Positions 26,921-37,389 of a stretch of 64,000 nt of DNA are shown here, piece by piece. The DNA is taken from positions 10,195-74,194 of the forward strand of contig PKCI01000011.1 in the NCBI GenBank assembly GCA_002862135.1, in the 5' to 3' direction. The stretch comes from Verrucomicrobiota bacterium (GTDB lineage Bacteria; Verrucomicrobiota; Verrucomicrobiia; Verrucomicrobiales; DEV007). The stretch's first letter is position 1. Each line of letters begins with the position of its first letter. A program made the translations under genes and the position numbers. The notes beneath the pieces are model-generated. The model was not told the DNA's origin and made no database searches. It was given only the letters and a program-made list of their open reading frames with translations.

Positions 26921-28165
26921 GATTCCTTTACTCCTCCTGCCCGGATCAAGGAAAGGCTTTATCTTTGTAAAACCAAACTGGCCGCAGTCGTTGGCCACGA
27001 GAGCGCCGCCATCTCTGGTGAGGCAGACATCCTCTCCCGCCCAATCACCACGTCGCGCACCATAAATACCTTCCCATTCTAGATTTCCTTTGGAATCCGT
27101 CTTGATCAGGTAAACCCTCCACTGACCTGAGTTCCCCGAAGGGTGTCCGCGACCTTCATATTTCTTTGTTTCATCTCCGGTGCCGGCAACGATGATCCAG
27201 CCGCCATCCGGTGTCGCCCTTGCCCCCCACACTTCATCGTGAATCCATTTGCCGTCGTAACCTCTTGGTTGACCAAAATACTTCGACCACAGAACCTTCC
27301 CTTTTGGATCCACCTTGGTTATTTCGACATCCCAGTTCTTGCTCAGAGGACTCCTTCGGGTGTGTCCAGCCTGGATCATGTTGCCGTCCGCATCCATGTC
27401 AAATCCCCAATAGACAGTGTTGTAAGTCTTTGCCCAAAGGATCTTTCCGGAAAGATCTGTTTTGAGAAGGTTGAAGTCAGGCTTGCCTTCCGTATGCGGA
27501 TGCCCGGCGACAATATATCCATCGCGAACTGTCTTAATTCGGTAGCCCGAAGACATGTGCGAAGAGATGTCCCTTTTCCATTCTGTATTCCCCTCCCGAT
27601 CCGTCTTTATTAAGACGCCTTTGCCCCAATTCTGGAACGTGTTTTCCGCGAGACCGCCTCTGTAGCCTGTAGCAATGATTCCTTCATCTGGAGTGATGTC
27701 AACACCTTCAAATGCATCCTCCGAACCTAAGTTCCAGGTTTTCTTCCATAATACCTCACCGGTCGCAGCATCCAATTTGATAAGCGCAGCATCGTAATTG
27801 AGGCAACCAGCGACTAGATAGTTGTTGTCGACTGTCTCTACAACGCAGTTCCCCAGATTGTATCCGGGGGTCCCGAATTCCTGAGTCCACTTGAGCTTGC
27901 CAGTGGAGTCTGTTTTGACGACAAAGATTCTTGCTGTTTTGTCATCAATGAATCCGGTGTCGCCAACCATGAGGAAGCCACCATCGCGCGTTTCGATCAC
28001 GTAATGGGGGTGGCTTTCGTCTCCGCTTCCGTTGTATGCCTTGTGCCATTCCATCTCGGGCGCTTTACGAGAAACAGTATTCTCAGCGCCATCCACAAGA
28101 AATGATGTGATTGCCATGAATACTGCACAGAACAGCAAGAATCTTCTGCACATGTCTTTCTTCAT
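26876..28165 (-). CDS. Secreted 7-repeat beta-propeller protein carried as a putative integron gene cassette
   Basis: Seven W-x-K-x-Y/F-G...DGG/N-x-I-x-A-G repeats and a signal peptide; the stop codon lies inside the attC L' box. Confidence 0.75.
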   Translation of the reverse strand: MKKDMCRRFLLFCAVFMAITSFLVDGAENTVSRKAPEMEWHKAYNGSGDESHPHYVIETRDGGFLMVGDTGFIDDKTARIFVVKTDSTGKLKWTQEFGTPGYNLGNCVVETVDNNYLVAGCLNYDAALIKLDAATGEVLWKKTWNLGSEDAFEGVDITPDEGIIATGYRGGLAENTFQNWGKGVLIKTDREGNTEWKRDISSHMSSGYRIKTVRDGYIVAGHPHTEGKPDFNLLKTDLSGKILWAKTYNTVYWGFDMDADGNMIQAGHTRRSPLSKNWDVEITKVDPKGKVLWSKYFGQPRGYDGKWIHDEVWGARATPDGGWIIVAGTGDETKKYEGRGHPSGNSGQWRVYLIKTDSKGNLEWEGIYGARRGDWAGEDVCLTRDGGALVANDCGQFGFTKIKPFLDPGRRSKGIAEQDAEDDAADRAP

Positions 28166-28402
28166 ATTTCCTCGGCAGAACAGTATTATTCACGGGCGGT
28201 CCCCTTTTTGCGCTACAACTGGATACTTTCGACCGCAGCTCCGCGTTGGTCCGCTCGTCTCCAAACTGAAACATCCTTCGCCGAGGCGAAAGAAAAAACA
28301 AGGTTAGGTGATGTGGATTTGGTGTTCGACTTTGGATCTAAAGCCGGGACGATTTGTTCTCCGGCTTGATCGAGTTGATCGAGAGTCAGGGAATGGTTTC
28401 CC

Positions 28403-28987
28403 CTAACCCATCACTTCATACTGACTGACAAAACTCTGCCACTGCATCGGACGCATCGCGTAGACGCCCTGGCAATGGCGCCCGACGCCGGGATCAAAGA
28501 TCTCCCATCCGAACTCAGAGGTGCGGCGGCCATAATCGAGACGGTAAATCCAATTCCCGAACTCATCCTTACGCCAGAGGTCAGGATCGTTGCCCGGAAC
28601 CACTTCAGCAAATTCCCAGACATTTCGGATCACATCGCGGTCGTATCCAGAGGACAATAACGGCAATTTGGATGCCGCCGCCTCACTCGCCTCACTCGCC
28701 TCACGGACATGCGGGTCGTTGAGCCCGGAATAGCGATAGCAATAGCAATAGCCGTCAGGATAGAGAGGACCGTTATCCTGTTCCGCGGGACTTTCTTCCT
28801 GATCTCCCAGATCAGCTGCATCGACCGCTTCAGAAGAACCCGTCTGGATCACCACTCCATCGCGGTCGACCTGTCGAATTCCCGCATGGTCAGCCGAACG
28901 GGTGTCGCCCACCGGGCCCGAATCGCTGGCTCTATCTAATGCGTCCCACCAATTCGGGAGTACCTCTTCGCTATTGTCGTAAAACAT
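28403..28987 (-). CDS. Hypothetical protein with acidic low-complexity N-terminus and degenerate HNH-like C-terminal domain
   Basis: VWEFAEVVPGNDPDLWRKDEFGNWIYRLDYGRRTSEFGWEI...MRPMQWQ resembles small standalone HNH proteins. Confidence 0.55.
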   Translation of the reverse strand: MFYDNSEEVLPNWWDALDRASDSGPVGDTRSADHAGIRQVDRDGVVIQTGSSEAVDAADLGDQEESPAEQDNGPLYPDGYCYCYRYSGLNDPHVREASEASEAAASKLPLLSSGYDRDVIRNVWEFAEVVPGNDPDLWRKDEFGNWIYRLDYGRRTSEFGWEIFDPGVGRHCQGVYAMRPMQWQSFVSQYEVMG

Positions 28988-29209
28988 GAGAACTGAAAGT
29001 TTGAACAGTAAATTAGTTTACGCGGGTTTTGAGGAATGAAAAGCCGGAAATGTGATTTTTTGAACAGTAGGTTGAAGAACCCTTGATCTACCCATATGCA
29101 GGGCGCTCTACGAGATTGCGAAGATCTCTGGAAGAACCTGGCAGTTCCTCCTTCTCCCGGTCGACCGCCGGGATCAGGAGCAAGATCAAGAGTGAGCGCC
29201 CCAGGAGCT

Positions 29210-32200
29210 CTACATGTGGTATTCCTGCAGCGCGACCACGCTGAGTTCGGCGGCCTTGAGCGACTTGATTGAGCGAATCGCGGCCTGGGCGCCGCGCATC
29301 GTGGTGATGATCGGCACTCGATTAGCGAGCGCTCCACTGCGGATCCGCACCTCGTCGCGACGCGGGACGCGTCCGCTCGGCGTGTTGATGACCATCGCGA
29401 TCTCACTGTTCTTGATCATGTCGAGCACGTTGGGACGACCTTCGGCGAGCTTGTGAAGCGTGTTCACCTTGATGCCCGCTTCCTCAAAGGTGCGGGCCGT
29501 ACCGGATGTCGAGTAGAGTTCAAAACCGAGATCAGCAAACTCCTTCGCCAGCGGGATGGAAGCTTCCTTGTCGCGATCTTTCACGCTGAAGAAGATCTTA
29601 CCCTCCAGTGGCAACTGGGAAGAGGCGGCCATCTGCGACTTGGCGTAAGCCATGCCGAGGTCGGCGTCGATCCCCATGACTTCTCCGGTGGACTTCATTT
29701 CCGGCCCCAGGCTGATGTCGATGCCGGGGAATTTAGAGAACGGGAAAACGGCTTCCTTCACGGAGTAGTGCTCCGGAGAGATCGGCTCGTTGAAACCAAG
29801 GTCAACGAGCTTCTCACCCGCCATCACCTTGGCGGCCAGCTTGGCGAGCGGTGTGCCGATTGCCTTGGAAACAAACGGCACAGTCCGTGAAGCACGAGGG
29901 TTCACCTCGATGACGTAGAGCTCTTCGTCTTTCACCGCGAACTGGATGTTCATGAGGCCGCGCACCTTGAGTTCCACGGCGAGGTTCTTGGCCGCGGCGG
30001 AAATCTGCTGACGCATGTTGTCGCTGAGCGAGAAGGTCGGGATGACGCAGGCACTGTCACCGGAGTGAATGCCGGCTTCTTCGATATGCTCCATGATGGC
30101 ACCGACCACGGTGGTCTCACCGTCGGAGATACAGTCCACATCGACCTCGATGGCATCCTCGAGGAAACGGTCCACGAGAACCGGGCGCTCGGGACTGACG
30201 TCGACGGCGTTCTGCATGTAGGTCTTCAGCTCCTCGTCGTTGTAGACGATCATCATGGCGCGGCCACCGAGCACGAAAGACGGACGGACCAGCACGGGGT
30301 AACCGATGCGACCGGCGATCTCGACGGCTTCGTCAGGCGAAACGGCCGTGCCGGCCGGAGCCTGCTGGAGGCCAAGCTTGTCGAGCAGGGCGGAGAAGAA
30401 CTTCCGGTCTTCGGCGAGCTCGATGCTCTCGGGCGAGGTTCCGATGATGTTACAGCCGTGACGCTTGAGGTCAGCGGCAAGGTTGAGCGGCGTCTGGCCA
30501 CCGAACTGGACGATGACGCCCCAGCACTCTTCCTGCTCGTAGATGTTCAGCACATCCTCGAGCGTGAGCGGCTCGAAGTAAAGCTTGTCACTGGTGTCGT
30601 AATCGGTCGACACGGTCTCGGGATTAGAGTTGACCATGATGGTTTCAAACCCGAGTTCCTTCAGCGCGAAGGAAGCGTGCACACAGCAGTAGTCGAACTC
30701 GATCCCCTGCCCGATCCGGTTGGGACCGCCGCCGAGAATCATGACTTTCTTTTTATCACCGCCGCGGGCCTCGTTCTCGATGCCATAGGTGGAGTAGTAA
30801 TAAGGCGTATAAGCTTCGAACTCAGCCGCGCAAGTGTCGACGAGTCGGTAAGTCGGGGTGACACCGGCTTCCTTGCGCTTGGCGCGAACGTCGTCAGGCG
30901 AGCTGTCGGTCAACACAGCAAGCTGGTAATCGGAATGACCGAGGCGCTTGGCGCGGCGGAAATCCATCTGGTCGAGATCAGTGCCAAGTTCTTTTTCAGA
31001 CTCGAGGATGTCTTCGATGTTCTTGAGGAACCACGGATCGATCCCGCTGAGTTCATGGATCTTCTCCAGGGTCAGACCGGCTTCGAAAGCGAGGCGCAGG
31101 AAGAAAACACGCTCGGCATTCGGCGTGGCGAGGCGCTCGCGGATATAGTCGATGTCGGGAGTGCCGTCTTTGCCATCCATGCCGAGACCGAAGCGACCGG
31201 TCTCGAGGGAGCGCAGGGCTTTCTGGAAAGACTCTTTAAAAGTACGTCCAATGGACATGGCTTCACCCACACTCTTCATCTGGGTGGTGAGGGTCGCATC
31301 GGCGTCTCGGAATTTTTCAAAGGTGAATCGCGGGCACTTCACCACGCAATAGTCGATGCTCGGCTCGAAGCTGGCCGGGGTCTCGCGAGTGATGTCATTC
31401 GGAATCTCGTCGAGGGTGTATCCCACGGCGAGCTTGGCCGCGATCTTGGCGATCGGGAAACCAGTCGCCTTGGAAGCGAGTGCCGAGGAACGCGACACAC
31501 GCGGGTTCATCTCGATGACGATCATGCGTCCGTCGGCGGGATTCACAGAAAACTGGATATTGGAACCACCGGTCTCGACGCCAATCTCGCGGATGACAGC
31601 GAAGGACGCGTCCCGCATGACCTGGTATTCTCGGTCGGTCAAGGTCTGGGCCGGAGCCACGGTGATGGAGTCACCGGTGTGAACGCCCATGGGATCGAAG
31701 TTCTCAATCGAACAAATCACCACGCAGTTGTCGGCCTTGTCTCGCATGACCTCCATCTCGTATTCCTTCCAGCCGAGGAGCGACTCATCGATGAGCACCT
31801 CAGTCACGGGAGAGAGGTCCAGGCCGCGGCGGACGATCGTTTCAAATTCTTCCTTGTTGTAAGCAATGCCGCCGCCAGTACCACCGAGGGTAAAGGCAGG
31901 GCGGATGATCAAGGGATAGCTGCCGATTTCCTCGGCGATAGCGAAACCTTCGTCCATGGTATGAGCGATACCGGAACGAGGCATATCGAGGCCGATCTTC
32001 TCCATGGCCTGCTTGAAGAGCAGTCGGTCTTCCCCCTTATCAATCGCTTCGGCATTCGCTCCGATCATGCGAACCCCTGATTTTTCGAGGTAACCAGATC
32101 GAAACAAATCCATCGCCGTATTCAGAGCGGTCTGACCACCCAGCGTCGGCAGCAGCGCATCCGGCTTTTCCTTTTCGATAATGCGCTGAACCACTTCCGG

Positions 32201-32410
32201 TGTGATGGGCTCGACGTAGGTCTTCGCCGCGAACTCCGGGTCGGTCATGATCGTGGCCGGATTGGAGTTCACTAGAACCACGGTGTATCCCTCTTCCTGA
32301 AGGGCCTTGCAGGCCTGAACGCCGGAGTAATCAAACTCACAACCCTGTCCGATGACAATCGGTCCGGAACCAATCAGGAGGATTTTCTTAATCGAAGTGT
32401 CGCGTGGCAT
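29210..32410 (-). CDS. carB: Carbamoyl-phosphate synthase large subunit
   Basis: [50 protein letters not shown]-terminal MGS domain. Confidence 0.98.
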   Translation of the reverse strand: MPRDTSIKKILLIGSGPIVIGQGCEFDYSGVQACKALQEEGYTVVLVNSNPATIMTDPEFAAKTYVEPITPEVVQRIIEKEKPDALLPTLGGQTALNTAMDLFRSGYLEKSGVRMIGANAEAIDKGEDRLLFKQAMEKIGLDMPRSGIAHTMDEGFAIAEEIGSYPLIIRPAFTLGGTGGGIAYNKEEFETIVRRGLDLSPVTEVLIDESLLGWKEYEMEVMRDKADNCVVICSIENFDPMGVHTGDSITVAPAQTLTDREYQVMRDASFAVIREIGVETGGSNIQFSVNPADGRMIVIEMNPRVSRSSALASKATGFPIAKIAAKLAVGYTLDEIPNDITRETPASFEPSIDYCVVKCPRFTFEKFRDADATLTTQMKSVGEAMSIGRTFKESFQKALRSLETGRFGLGMDGKDGTPDIDYIRERLATPNAERVFFLRLAFEAGLTLEKIHELSGIDPWFLKNIEDILESEKELGTDLDQMDFRRAKRLGHSDYQLAVLTDSSPDDVRAKRKEAGVTPTYRLVDTCAAEFEAYTPYYYSTYGIENEARGGDKKKVMILGGGPNRIGQGIEFDYCCVHASFALKELGFETIMVNSNPETVSTDYDTSDKLYFEPLTLEDVLNIYEQEECWGVIVQFGGQTPLNLAADLKRHGCNIIGTSPESIELAEDRKFFSALLDKLGLQQAPAGTAVSPDEAVEIAGRIGYPVLVRPSFVLGGRAMMIVYNDEELKTYMQNAVDVSPERPVLVDRFLEDAIEVDVDCISDGETTVVGAIMEHIEEAGIHSGDSACVIPTFSLSDNMRQQISAAAKNLAVELKVRGLMNIQFAVKDEELYVIEVNPRASRTVPFVSKAIGTPLAKLAAKVMAGEKLVDLGFNEPISPEHYSVKEAVFPFSKFPGIDISLGPEMKSTGEVMGIDADLGMAYAKSQMAASSQLPLEGKIFFSVKDRDKEASIPLAKEFADLGFELYSTSGTARTFEEAGIKVNTLHKLAEGRPNVLDMIKNSEIAMVINTPSGRVPRRDEVRIRSGALANRVPIITTMRGAQAAIRSIKSLKAAELSVVALQEYHM

Positions 32411-32612
32411 TTTTTTTGAACCAAAATTTTAGACTCCTTGCATCTGAGGCACCAGTCCGCAACGGAGGAAAACGCTTTTTTGAAAGGTTTGCGTTGGTTT
32501 CCGGCAGGAATCCGGAACTGTGGCCGAGATTCTACTTGAAAAGCGGCTGTTTTCTCCCAAAAATGTGGAGCCTCTTTTCTTTGGACACTCGAATCATCAG
32601 CTGACACTGACC

Positions 32613-33011
32613 ATGAACCGTCTTTTCCTCATTATCGCCGTGGCATTTTCCGGGATCACTGCCGGGCCGATCATCTGCGCGGCTGAACAATACTCCGAGA
32701 TCCCCCCTGCCTTGAAGTGTCGCTACGACGCAAAGAACAAAACGTTCTGCTGGCGCTTTCCAAATTTCTCTTTCAAGCATAATATCTGCAATCCCTCTTC
32801 CGACTGCCTCGGTCACATCGTTTGGTCTAAAAAGGCCGTCACTATGACCGAGCGAGACGACCAAGGTAACCGGAGAAGCTACGAAGCCGTGGCTGTCACC
32901 TACCGAAAGGTCTACGAGAACGGTGCCTGGGGCGAAAAATTCCGCCGCACCTACCGCAAGGAGCCGACCCTGATCACTCCTCCGGTCCTGGCGGAGGTCA
33001 GCCACAAGTAG
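32613..33011 (+). CDS. Hypothetical secreted basic protein
   Basis: Signal peptide from the ATG at 32613; no family recognised. Confidence 0.6.
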   Translation: MNRLFLIIAVAFSGITAGPIICAAEQYSEIPPALKCRYDAKNKTFCWRFPNFSFKHNICNPSSDCLGHIVWSKKAVTMTERDDQGNRRSYEAVAVTYRKVYENGAWGEKFRRTYRKEPTLITPPVLAEVSHK

Positions 33012-33057
33012 GCTATTCTGATTTCGAAACTTTCCACGCGCCCACCATATTCCGGGC

Positions 33058-33660
33058 ATGGAATTTGATCTAACCGGCGAGCATTCGCGATACGCCTACA
33101 AACTGCTCGCCGGCCTCGTCACTCCGCGTCCTATTGCCTGGGTCACCACCGCGGATGAAGATGGGAAGGTCAACGCAGCACCATTTTCATTCTTCAACGT
33201 CTTTGGTTCCCGTCCCCCTGTCCTTGCCTTCGCGCCGGGCGACAAGGAACCGGGCATTCCAAAGGACACGGCCCGCAATATTCGCCGAACTGGCGAATTC
33301 GTCGTCAATCTGGTCGACGAAGCCTGCGCCGAAGCCATGAACCAGACCGCCGCCGTGCTCGACTTCGGCGTTAGCGAGATCGAAATGGCCGGCCTGCACA
33401 CAACGCCGAGCACGAGGGTGAAGCCCCCGCGCATCAGCGAGGCCCCGGTCGCTCTCGAATGCCGCGAGTGGTCCACCCTTGAGATCGGCCGCAACCGCAT
33501 GGTCATCGGGTTGATCGATCGCATCCACACCCGCGACGGCGTCCTCGACCCGGGCACCCTGCTCGTCAATCCCGACCAGTTCGCACCCATCGGCCGCATG
33601 GAAGTGCCGTCAGGTTATTGCCGAACCGAAGACCGATTCAAAATGCCAAGGCCGGAGTAG
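33058..33660 (+). CDS. Flavin reductase-like family protein
   Basis: PRPIAWVTT...NAAPFSFFN...KDTARNIRRTGEFVVN...PPRISEAPVALEC. Confidence 0.9.
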   Translation: MEFDLTGEHSRYAYKLLAGLVTPRPIAWVTTADEDGKVNAAPFSFFNVFGSRPPVLAFAPGDKEPGIPKDTARNIRRTGEFVVNLVDEACAEAMNQTAAVLDFGVSEIEMAGLHTTPSTRVKPPRISEAPVALECREWSTLEIGRNRMVIGLIDRIHTRDGVLDPGTLLVNPDQFAPIGRMEVPSGYCRTEDRFKMPRPE

Positions 33661-33855
33661 GTGGAACACCGCAGGCTTGGAGGGTCACGCTGGAGCACGA
33701 AAGCTTTTCGGCAGGCCAGATCCTCCATTTCAGCAGGAAAATAGTTTGGCAAAGCGAAATAATTCGCTTCATTTGGTGTTCGCATCGTTATTTCATGAAG
33801 GTCCCTGCCATAGGCTCTCCTTGCGAGAACTCTTACTGAACCCGCCCCTACCGAA

Positions 33856-35619
33856 TTGTCTGAGGCCTCCACAGATCTACTTGGAAAAAACTACTTCCAG
33901 ACTCGGGAGGAGCTAGCCAAGGCTATTGAATCGCTCAAGGTCATGGGTAAGGATAGTGGCATCAATCCGGCCCGTCTTGCCTTGCTCGACAATCTCATGG
34001 CGAACCTGGAGGATCCATTTCTCTTCATGGTCGTCGGCGAGGTTAATGCCGGCAAGTCCAGCCTGCTTAACGCGCTCTTTGGTGAGGACTTCTGCAAATC
34101 CGACGTGGTGCCGACAACAGAACGCATTGCCTTCTTCAAATACGGTGAGGAGGCTCACGAGTTCGACTTCTCCAAAGACATCTTCGAAATATTTCGCCCT
34201 AACGCTTTCCTCCGCGACTTCAACATTGTCGACACACCGGGAACGAACTCGATCGAATCCGAGCACCAGCATGTCACGGAGCAGTTCCTGCCCATGGCCG
34301 ACCTGGCCCTGTTCGTCTTTTCGGTCACCAATCCCTGGGGTGCTTCCACCTGGGACTTTCTCGACCGCATTCACCACCAGTGGAAGAAGAAGATCGTTTT
34401 TATTCTTCAACAGTGCGACCTGCGCACCGAGGAAGAGGTCGCTGCTATTCTCGAACACTTGCAGAAGACGGCTCACCATCGCTTCGGACAGCACTTCCCC
34501 ACCTTTGCCGTCTCGGCCAAGCAGGCCTACCTCGCCAAGACTTCCGAGTCTGGTAACGACGAACTTTCCGCTGCCAGCCAGATCGCAGGGCTCGAGAGCT
34601 ACATCTCCGGTGTGGTCGAATCCTCTGAGCCGCGACTCGTCAAACTCGTCCATGCCTGGCGGGCCGCCTGCTACGTGCTGGGTGAGATAAAGGAACGCCT
34701 CGGTGCCGCTGCGGAAATCATCCGAGCCGACAGCGAGCTGCTCAGCGAACTGGAACCGGCCAGCCGCATACAGCAGAAGCGCACACTTAAAAAGTGTGAG
34801 CCGCTGTTTGAAGCGTTCGACCAGAGTTTCATGGCCGCCGGCCTTCAGGCTGAGCCGCTGCTCGATGCCGAATTCCGCTACATCTCCGCCCTGATTCGCA
34901 AGAAGCGGGCCGCCGAGGAAATCGAGGGGCTCATCTTTGCCACAACCATGAAAGCGGTGCACCGCAGCGTCGGGGCCGGAGCCAACGCTGTGCAGGAAGA
35001 CGTTCAGCATCTCTGGGAGCGTGTCTCCGACGAGATGCGCCAGGCCTTTAAGCTTGAGCTCAGTGTGGGCGAAGACGGCGAACCCAACTGGAAAGAAGCT
35101 CACTCCCGCATCGGTAAAAACGTCGCCTCTGCGACTCAGCAAGCGCTGCGCGAACTCCATCTCAAGGACGAACTAGCGCGACTCTTTGCGCAGCGCAGTA
35201 AGATCATCTGGGTATTTATTTTTGTGTCCATTCTTTCTATCCTTGGCGGCGTGATTCTCTCCATGCTCCAGATCAATCCCTGGAACGCGATCGCCTTCGG
35301 CGCGGCCGGTGGCTGCCTTGCCCTCGGGGCCGTAGCCGGCGCCACCTCAGTCCGCAAGATTCGTGGTTTCTACATCGGGATGCTCGAGAAGCACCGGGAA
35401 ACCGTGGCTCAGAAACAACGGGACGCTTTTGCCGACGGCACCTTCAAGTTCTACGAAGACTTTGTCGCCCTCTTCAATCCGCTGCGAAACGTCTGTCAGC
35501 AGCACCGCGACAAATACGAGCCCCAGCTCAAGATCATTCGCGAGACAGAGAAATCGCTCGCCGGGCTGGAACGCATTCTCGCCCCGGTTGAAAGAGCACT
35601 CAACGCGAAGAAGAAATAA
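33856..35619 (+). CDS. Bacterial dynamin-like GTPase with C-terminal TM hairpin
   Basis: G1 GEVNAGKS, G2 PTT, G3 DTPG, G4-like QQCD; coiled coils; two hydrophobic helices near the C-terminus. Confidence 0.85.
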   Translation: MSEASTDLLGKNYFQTREELAKAIESLKVMGKDSGINPARLALLDNLMANLEDPFLFMVVGEVNAGKSSLLNALFGEDFCKSDVVPTTERIAFFKYGEEAHEFDFSKDIFEIFRPNAFLRDFNIVDTPGTNSIESEHQHVTEQFLPMADLALFVFSVTNPWGASTWDFLDRIHHQWKKKIVFILQQCDLRTEEEVAAILEHLQKTAHHRFGQHFPTFAVSAKQAYLAKTSESGNDELSAASQIAGLESYISGVVESSEPRLVKLVHAWRAACYVLGEIKERLGAAAEIIRADSELLSELEPASRIQQKRTLKKCEPLFEAFDQSFMAAGLQAEPLLDAEFRYISALIRKKRAAEEIEGLIFATTMKAVHRSVGAGANAVQEDVQHLWERVSDEMRQAFKLELSVGEDGEPNWKEAHSRIGKNVASATQQALRELHLKDELARLFAQRSKIIWVFIFVSILSILGGVILSMLQINPWNAIAFGAAGGCLALGAVAGATSVRKIRGFYIGMLEKHRETVAQKQRDAFADGTFKFYEDFVALFNPLRNVCQQHRDKYEPQLKIIRETEKSLAGLERILAPVERALNAKKK

Positions 35620-35664
35620 ACCGGACGCGGGAGGCCGAAAAAATCGCCTGTCCGTGGAAGCCTG

Positions 35665-36258
35665 TCAGACCGATTGCGACGGCTGGTCGACGAATGCTTT
35701 TTCAGCAATGTCACAGATGAGGTGTCCGGCAATAAGATGACATTCCTGAACGCGTGCAGTGATGCTGGAAGGAACCGCAAGGGTCAGGTCCGCGACCTCG
35801 GTGCACTTGCCACCACCCTCGCCGGTGAAGGCAAACGTGGTAATCCCATGATCCTTGGCAAACCCGAGTCCGCGAATGACGTTGCCGCTACTCCCAGATG
35901 TGGTGATCCCGACCACGATATCCTTATCATCGCAGAGAGCTTCGATCTGCCGGGCATAGATGGCTTCATAACCAAAATCATTGGCGCAGGCCGTGATAAT
36001 GGAGGTGTCAGTGGTGAACGCAATCGATGGGAGTCCCTTTCGGTTACTGACAAAACGCACCACAAACTCGGCCGCAAAGTGTTGAGCATCCGCAGCGCTG
36101 CCACCGTTGCCGAAAAAACAGACTTTGCCGCCCTGCTTGAGACATTCAACGACTTTGGCACCCATTTGATCAATCACTTCGGAGCAGGCTTCTTCAAACT
36201 TGGCCACCGTCACGGTGTGATCAGCAATGGTCTGGTGGATTAGTTCACTGGATGACAT
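35665..36258 (-). CDS. gmhA: Phosphoheptose (sedoheptulose-7-phosphate) isomerase
   Basis: GNGGSAADAQHFAAE, ANDFGYE, TSGSSGN, ARVQECH. Confidence 0.95.
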   Translation of the reverse strand: MSSSELIHQTIADHTVTVAKFEEACSEVIDQMGAKVVECLKQGGKVCFFGNGGSAADAQHFAAEFVVRFVSNRKGLPSIAFTTDTSIITACANDFGYEAIYARQIEALCDDKDIVVGITTSGSSGNVIRGLGFAKDHGITTFAFTGEGGGKCTEVADLTLAVPSSITARVQECHLIAGHLICDIAEKAFVDQPSQSV

Positions 36259-36277
36259 AAATCAAATCACTCGGGGA

Positions 36278-37315
36278 TTATGAGACGACGGGAATGTCGT
36301 TGGGAAATTCGTGGGTCACGGCAGCCAGCAACTCCTCCCTCTCGATCGGAGTCGTCCCCAATTTTCCAACAACGATGCTGCTGGCCAGGTTTGAAACATG
36401 AGCCGCATCTGCCGCACCGAGACCAGCGCAGAGGCCTAGGGTGTAAATCGCGATCGCCGTATCACCGGCACCGGAGACATCAAAGACTTCCCGGGCCCGG
36501 GCGGCGATGTGAACGGGTTCAGTATCGCCGGAGAATACCAGCATCCCCTGCTCACCGAGGGTCAGCAAAACCTGCTGGCAGGCCCACTTGTCTAGGAGGG
36601 TCTTTCCCACCGATAGCAGAGGCTGATCCTGCAACGGATCGACGCCCTCGTCGCGAAGTTCGTCTTCGACACCAGCACAGGCAAACGCTTCGGAGCGGTT
36701 CGGCTTCACTGTCGTCACGCCCCTCCACTCGATCAAATTGCCGGGCTTAGGGTCCACCGTCACGACCACGTCGTGTTTTGCCGAGAGAGAGAGCAGGCCA
36801 CTAACCAGTTCAGGGGTGATGATGCCCTTGCCGTAATCTTCGATAATGATGCCGTCCAGTTTCGGCAGGATGGGCTCAACCTTGCTAAGCAATGCTGCGA
36901 CCTGTTCCGGACTTGCGGTGCGACGCTTCTCGCGATCGATGCGCACGACCTGCTGGTGACGAGCCACCACGCGAGTCTTGGTGATGGTCGGGTAGTCCTC
37001 GCTTTGAAGACAGCATCCGACCCCAATGCCACACTCGGCCAGCGTTTCAGTAAGAAGCCTGCCGTTCGGATCCTGACCGAACAACCCGGCCAACTCCAGC
37101 GAGGTCTTAAAAGGAGTCATGTTGCGGGCCACGTTGGCAGCCCCTCCAGGGTAACGGGATTCACGCTGCACCTCAACCACAGGGACCGGCGCCTCAGGTG
37201 AAATACGCGATACGCCACCCCAGATAAACCAGTCTAGCATGACATCGCCCACCACGAGAATACGCTGCTGCGAAAAGCGCTCCAACAGAGCTTGCGGTGC
37301 GATTGTTTCTCCCAT
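36278..37315 (-). CDS. rfaE1: D-glycero-beta-D-manno-heptose-7-phosphate kinase (standalone kinase domain of HldE)
   Basis: ILVVGDVMLD...RISPEAPVPVV, GGAANVA, EDYGKG, VDPK, DVSGAGDT; no adenylyltransferase domain. An alternative GTG start at 37393 overlaps the upstream stop. Confidence 0.9.
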   Translation of the reverse strand: MGETIAPQALLERFSQQRILVVGDVMLDWFIWGGVSRISPEAPVPVVEVQRESRYPGGAANVARNMTPFKTSLELAGLFGQDPNGRLLTETLAECGIGVGCCLQSEDYPTITKTRVVARHQQVVRIDREKRRTASPEQVAALLSKVEPILPKLDGIIIEDYGKGIITPELVSGLLSLSAKHDVVVTVDPKPGNLIEWRGVTTVKPNRSEAFACAGVEDELRDEGVDPLQDQPLLSVGKTLLDKWACQQVLLTLGEQGMLVFSGDTEPVHIAARAREVFDVSGAGDTAIAIYTLGLCAGLGAADAAHVSNLASSIVVGKLGTTPIEREELLAAVTHEFPNDIPVVS

Positions 37316-37389
37316 ATTTGGCGCCAAGCTAAGACTTCTAATAAACGAATGCAACCATCGAGGCATCATGCCCCGACGGAGAAAAACGG

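Noticed and set aside
28175-28309. Second, long attC between ACCTAAC (28303-28309) and GTTCTGC
   Set aside because: The boxes next to the two core sites are not complementary, so no L''/L' stem forms; at most the right half of an earlier site survives.
30065-32080. 671-aa plus-strand ORF
   Set aside because: Antisense shadow of the highly conserved carB; an expected artefact of GC-rich codon bias.
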